Positions 60,028 through 64,000 of a stretch of DNA of 64,000 nucleotides are shown here, piece after piece (position 1 is the stretch's first letter; each line of letters begins with the position of its first letter). The position numbers and the translations under genes were made by a program. The stretch comes from Vitrella brassicaformis CCMP3155 (taxonomy: Eukaryota > Protista > Chromerida). The stretch covers positions 1-64,000 of the forward strand of contig CDMY01000414.1 of NCBI GenBank assembly GCA_001179505.1, written 5' to 3'. The notes under the pieces were generated by a model. That model searched no databases. It was not told the DNA's origin and saw only the letters and a program-made list of their open reading frames with translations.

Positions 60028-63000
60028 CTAGTTCCCGCTGCCATCGTCATCGGCAGAGCTGTCGTCCTCGTCTATCTCCAGCACGTCGGTGTCCTCCTCC
60101 TCCTCCTCCTCCCCTCCACCACCACCCGGCGCATCCGTGGCCGCCTCGGTATCCGCGTCTATGTCTTGGCCGTAGAAGGACGCCTCTGGCGGCGGGTACA
60201 CCAGGGGGGCGCCCTCGACCTCCTCAAGTGTGCTGCTCGCCGTCGCTGCTGGCTGAACCTCACCACCTGATCAGATCAACCATCACACAACCAGCCGTGA
60301 CGCGTGTGTGGGTGGATGGTGCAGGTCCGCTACCCACCTTGCGAGCCTCTAAAGCGTGGTTGCTGTCCGACGGTGTGTTCCGGCAGGCTGACATTGGACC
60401 CTGGCGCGACGAAGGTCGCCGCGGCGTCCTGGTAGTAGCACCAGGGGACGCCAGCGTTGGCTGATGGTGCGTAGCAGCACTGCCTGTCCAGACACTGCTG
60501 GGCAGTGATGCCGTAGTACCCACAGTCGCGCCGCACATCCAGCTCGTCCGCCGCGGCACACGCACTGGCCTCTCCTGATGCTGATGTGTCGTTCCCCACT
60601 GCCGTGCCTGAACACACACCCACACACACAAGTGTGGCCATCCGTCGGTGCACTCTCTCTTTCTCTCTCTCTCTCTAGCAGCTCACTTTGTGCCCGTGGT
60701 GGGCCGCCCCCCGCCTGTGCGGTGGCGTTGACCTGCTGCGCCACCACCTGGTAACACCGCTTCGGGCCGGACACGGCCGGCTGTCCGTCGGCAGGGGACC
60801 TCCTGCCGACATCAGTGGCCTTGAGCAGACAGCTGGGGTTGCTCGTGTCCACCCTGTTGGGCCTGAAGGTGAAGAACTGGCACTGCGGGTCGTCCCTGCA
60901 GGCCGCCTGGCAGGCGGCCGAGGTGTCGACTGCGAGGGCTTTGATGTCGGGCCCTGTAAAGACGATGCCAGCCTCGTAGCACTTGTCGCCGGCCCAGTAG
61001 ACCATCACGATCTCGCCGGTCATGTCGGAGGAGACATACATGTGGCCCTGACAACACGCCACGCCACACCACGCACTTGTCATGTTTGTGTGGGTGTCTG
61101 GGTGGTGGGTGGCTTGGTGTCTGTGGGCGCTTAGCTTACCCTGTGGTCGAAGGCCACCGAAACGGGCCGCAGGTCAGTCGACCACAGACGATTGATGCCT
61201 ATGCGACACCAAGGACAACAAACTGTTTACACACGCCGTCACACCTCTCTCTCTCTAAGAAGAGACGGGCGTACGCTACCGAGGTGTGTGAGGACTTTCT
61301 GCTGGTCGCCGTCGAGCCGCATGTCTTGGCTGACAGGCACCCGCACCACCTCATACCCCACAGGCACCTCCCTGTTCCACGACCCATGCAGCGCCACAAA
61401 CAGGTCCCCCCGCCACGCACACGGCAGTGCGGTGGTGTCCTGCCGGCCGTCTTGGCGACATGGCGCGTCAGGGTAGTCGACGCCGTAGAATGCGATGCCG
61501 AGAGGGGAGGTGTGCGCCGACATGAGGGTGAAGGGCTTGATGACGTTGGTGGCGTTGTTGCACCACTCGTCTGTGTAGTTGGTGAAGCCCGGCCACACCC
61601 TGACAGTTATACACAGCCACACCATACCATCAGCACACCCAAAAACAAGAAGGAAGGGATGGCGACTGACTGACGGGCAGACCAGACCATTGTGTTCTGG
61701 CGCCCCTGGCGAGGTTGTCCGGGAGGGCGTACTCGCTCCAGCAATACGGATAGCCGTAGAACCTGACACACATCACACCACACACGATGCATTTCTTGTC
61801 GGCATTCGTGTATGTGTTCTGTGTCTGTCTGTTTGTTTTTCTGACCTGCCGGCATTCTTCCACTGGAAGCGGTTGATCTCGTCACCAGGGTTGTCTGTGA
61901 GCCAACGAAGGAAGCCGACATGCAGCTGTGTGCGGTTGTGTGACTTTGTGTCCGCCCTACTCTTGTGCACGTCGCCTCCAAGGTCAGCTCTGACCACACA
62001 CACGGACACACGCATGCATCTGTTATCGCGCAATGGCTGTGGTATGGTAGCAGGGCTAACCTCTTCAGCTCGTCCGCGCCGGTGTCGCCGCCCCACAACA
62101 TGCCTGTCAGGGAAGCATAGCATGCACACCCACCACGGATCCATCAGAGCCGCAGGGATGCATCTGTCTGTCTGTGTGCCTTCCTTCGTGTGTGTGTGTG
62201 TGTGGCTGGCTGGCTGACTGGTTTCCTACCGTCAGGTCCCCACGCCAGCCCCACCGTGTTGCGAACACCATCCTGAACGGACACACAGATACACACAATG
62301 GATTGGTCAGACTTTGCTGCATTTGCTGTAACCAAGCTTGCTTACCGCGAAGACTTCTCCCTTGGCGAAGTCTCTTGGGCCCCCGATGAGGGCATCCGTC
62401 ATGCCCGGAAACCTGAGTGACATACACGGTGAGGGTATGGAGATGGAGGGATGCCCAGGCTGTCTTTCCCTTTGCCCTCACCTCCTGATTCGGGCCCTGA
62501 AAGACGTCCGATCGACGTTGCCCATCGAGCCGATCGAAACATATAGCGTGCCATCCTCAGACAATATCAGAGACCTATGGATACGCAGCACCCCACCGAC
62601 CACAATGCGCAACAAGTGAGATGGAATCCCTCAAGCCCTGCCGACCTCTCTCTCTCACCGTGTCCAGTGCCCCCTGTTTGCGCCGCCCCTGCCGTCGGCA
62701 TTCATGTTGACGACCACCCTCTGCTGCGTCGTCAGGTCGATCGGCGTCCGCTGCTTGGGCTCGTACTTGTACCGAAACACGGTCGTGTCGGAGGAGACGA
62801 AGATGAAGCCGTGCTTGACGGCCAGGCCGTGCGTCAGCGGCACCTTGACGTTCAGCAGCATCGCCTGCTCTGTGTCGGGGTCGCTGAACTGCACCAGAAC
62901 ACAACACAACACATCACATTCTATGCATTGCATGCCTTTCCCCCTTTTCCTGGTTGACTCCCTCACCCCATCTCCATTATCGTCCCAGAGTGCGATGACT

Positions 63001-63304
63001 CGCGCAGAGTTCATCGAGATGCGATCAAGGACCAGCAGGTCGTTGCCCGTATCGGGACTCAACACTAGCTGACGAGGCTTCCTGCAACCACGCAGTCACA
63101 CACACACACAGAGGGGAAAACAGTGTGGGCCCTCCCTTTCTGTGCCCTTATCAGGCGTACTGACCCAAGGTTGCCAGTGAATCTGCAGGCGGCCACGCCA
63201 TCCGGCGTGTCGGCTCGTGGGTAGGGCGGGCAGGGCAGCACAGCACTCACACATGCGATGCAGATCAGCAGACAGAGAGAAGCGAGAAGGGCCTGGCGCG
63301 CCAT
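60028..63304 (-). CDS. Secreted PQQ-dependent sugar dehydrogenase-like beta-propeller (AA12 / L-sorbosone dehydrogenase family) fused to PAN/apple and trefoil (P-type) domains with an acidic tail; about 12 exons
   Basis: Signal MARQALLASLCLLICIACVSA. Propeller motifs in order: NLGKPRQL, LTHGLAV, GHWTR, LYVSIGSMGNVD, GVRNTVGLAW, DNPGDEIN, YGYPYCW, AHTSPLGIAFY, GDLFVALHGSWNREVPVGYEVVRVP, LRPVSVAFD and MYVSSDMTGEI. PAN domain CYEAG...CQAACRDDPQCQFFTF...CLLK...VSGPKRC. Trefoil CAAA...RRDCGYYGITAQQCLDRQCCY...VPWCYY. Confidence 0.88.
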
Positions 63305-64000
63305 TGGGGGGGAAAATTGAGGGCGCTCACCGCGGCCTGCAGCAGCACAAACAGAGCATACACAGGCGCATCTATCTGTGTGTGATTGTATTGGCATTGA
63401 GAAGCGAGATCTTTCCCTCTCACCTTAGCTAGCCAGATCGGTGAGATCTGCGGATAGATAGCGTTGAATGTGATCCTTGAAGCTGCGTTGAGATAAGCCC
63501 GCGGCCACCCTCTCTTCGTCTTCGCTTGCGCGATCCTCTCAGCCCGACCGAAATAATAGTACCCTGGTGGTTTCGGTGGGTCGGGGAGAGAGGGATGGAT
63601 GGATGGATGTGTGGATTGGCTGTACAAGGGTTGACGCATACATGCAGGCAGGCCGGATCATGATTGTCATATATACAGCAGACACCAGCTATTGTCACGA
63701 CCACATGCACATCAGTCGACCACACACACCGTTTTGCTACACACCCGGCTCGTGCCTCATGGCGGCCCGCCGTCACCGTATCAGCTGCAGACAGGAAGCA
63801 GTGACAACACCCAGTGGACGGCGGGTAGAGAGCGGTGATAGTGCCTTAACATCTCACCTGTGTGTCTGCAGTGTTGATAGGGTTCATATGATCGACTCAG
63901 TCGCTCCCCCCCTGGACACGCAGGCATGTGCGATGGCATCAGCATGCAGCCATGAGTGTTCCTTCCCCGTGCCCTCCCCGCCCTCACCTCTGTGATGTGC

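Noticed and set aside
63341-63560. Exon-like segment and GT-AG intron upstream of the dehydrogenase ATG
   Set aside because: Splicing would place it out of frame with the signal-peptide ATG at 63304. It is best read as a 5'UTR exon or intron and is not called a CDS.
1-64000. tRNA, rRNA, transposase, integrase or reverse-transcriptase genes
   Set aside because: No recognisable cloverleaf, rRNA signature or DDE/RT/tyrosine-recombinase motif was seen by eye. tRNAscan-SE and RepeatMasker would be needed to exclude them.

Overview
Intron-rich eukaryotic nuclear DNA, most likely from a chromerid alveolate such as Vitrella brassicaformis. This is an inference from the apicomplexan-type ATP synthase subunit b, an oocyst-wall-type protein, bipartite plastid-targeting leaders, GC3-rich exons and microsatellite-filled GT-AG introns. 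I reconstructed about 21 spliced protein-coding genes or gene fragments by hand, arranged almost entirely as divergent (head-to-head) pairs. Conserved genes are ATP synthase b, an SPX-MFS phosphate transporter, a PhnP-like metallo-beta-lactamase, a Cid1/TUTase-like nucleotidyltransferase, an ABCC transporter, a PAO-family Rieske oxygenase, PPIL2 cyclophilin and a class I methyltransferase-like protein. There is also a set of secreted or surface proteins: a COWP-like wall protein, a TSP1-Ig-TM protein, a Kazal plus trypsin-like protease, a Cys-rich orphan, and a PQQ-type sugar dehydrogenase fused to PAN and trefoil domains. Lineage-specific paralogs and four 300-N placeholder gaps are present. 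The most notable signals are (1) the secreted PQQ-dependent (AA12/sorbosone-type) dehydrogenase-PAN-trefoil fusion, (2) a recurring AACCCTGG / GGGTTT-NN-AAACCC palindromic motif upstream of three loci, (3) an SPX domain with a degenerate inositol-pyrophosphate pocket, and (4) a 1422-bp duplication across a gap whose divergence is confined to the coding part. No rRNA, tRNA, CRISPR or recognisable transposase was seen. Exon boundaries were assigned by eye and are approximate where stated.
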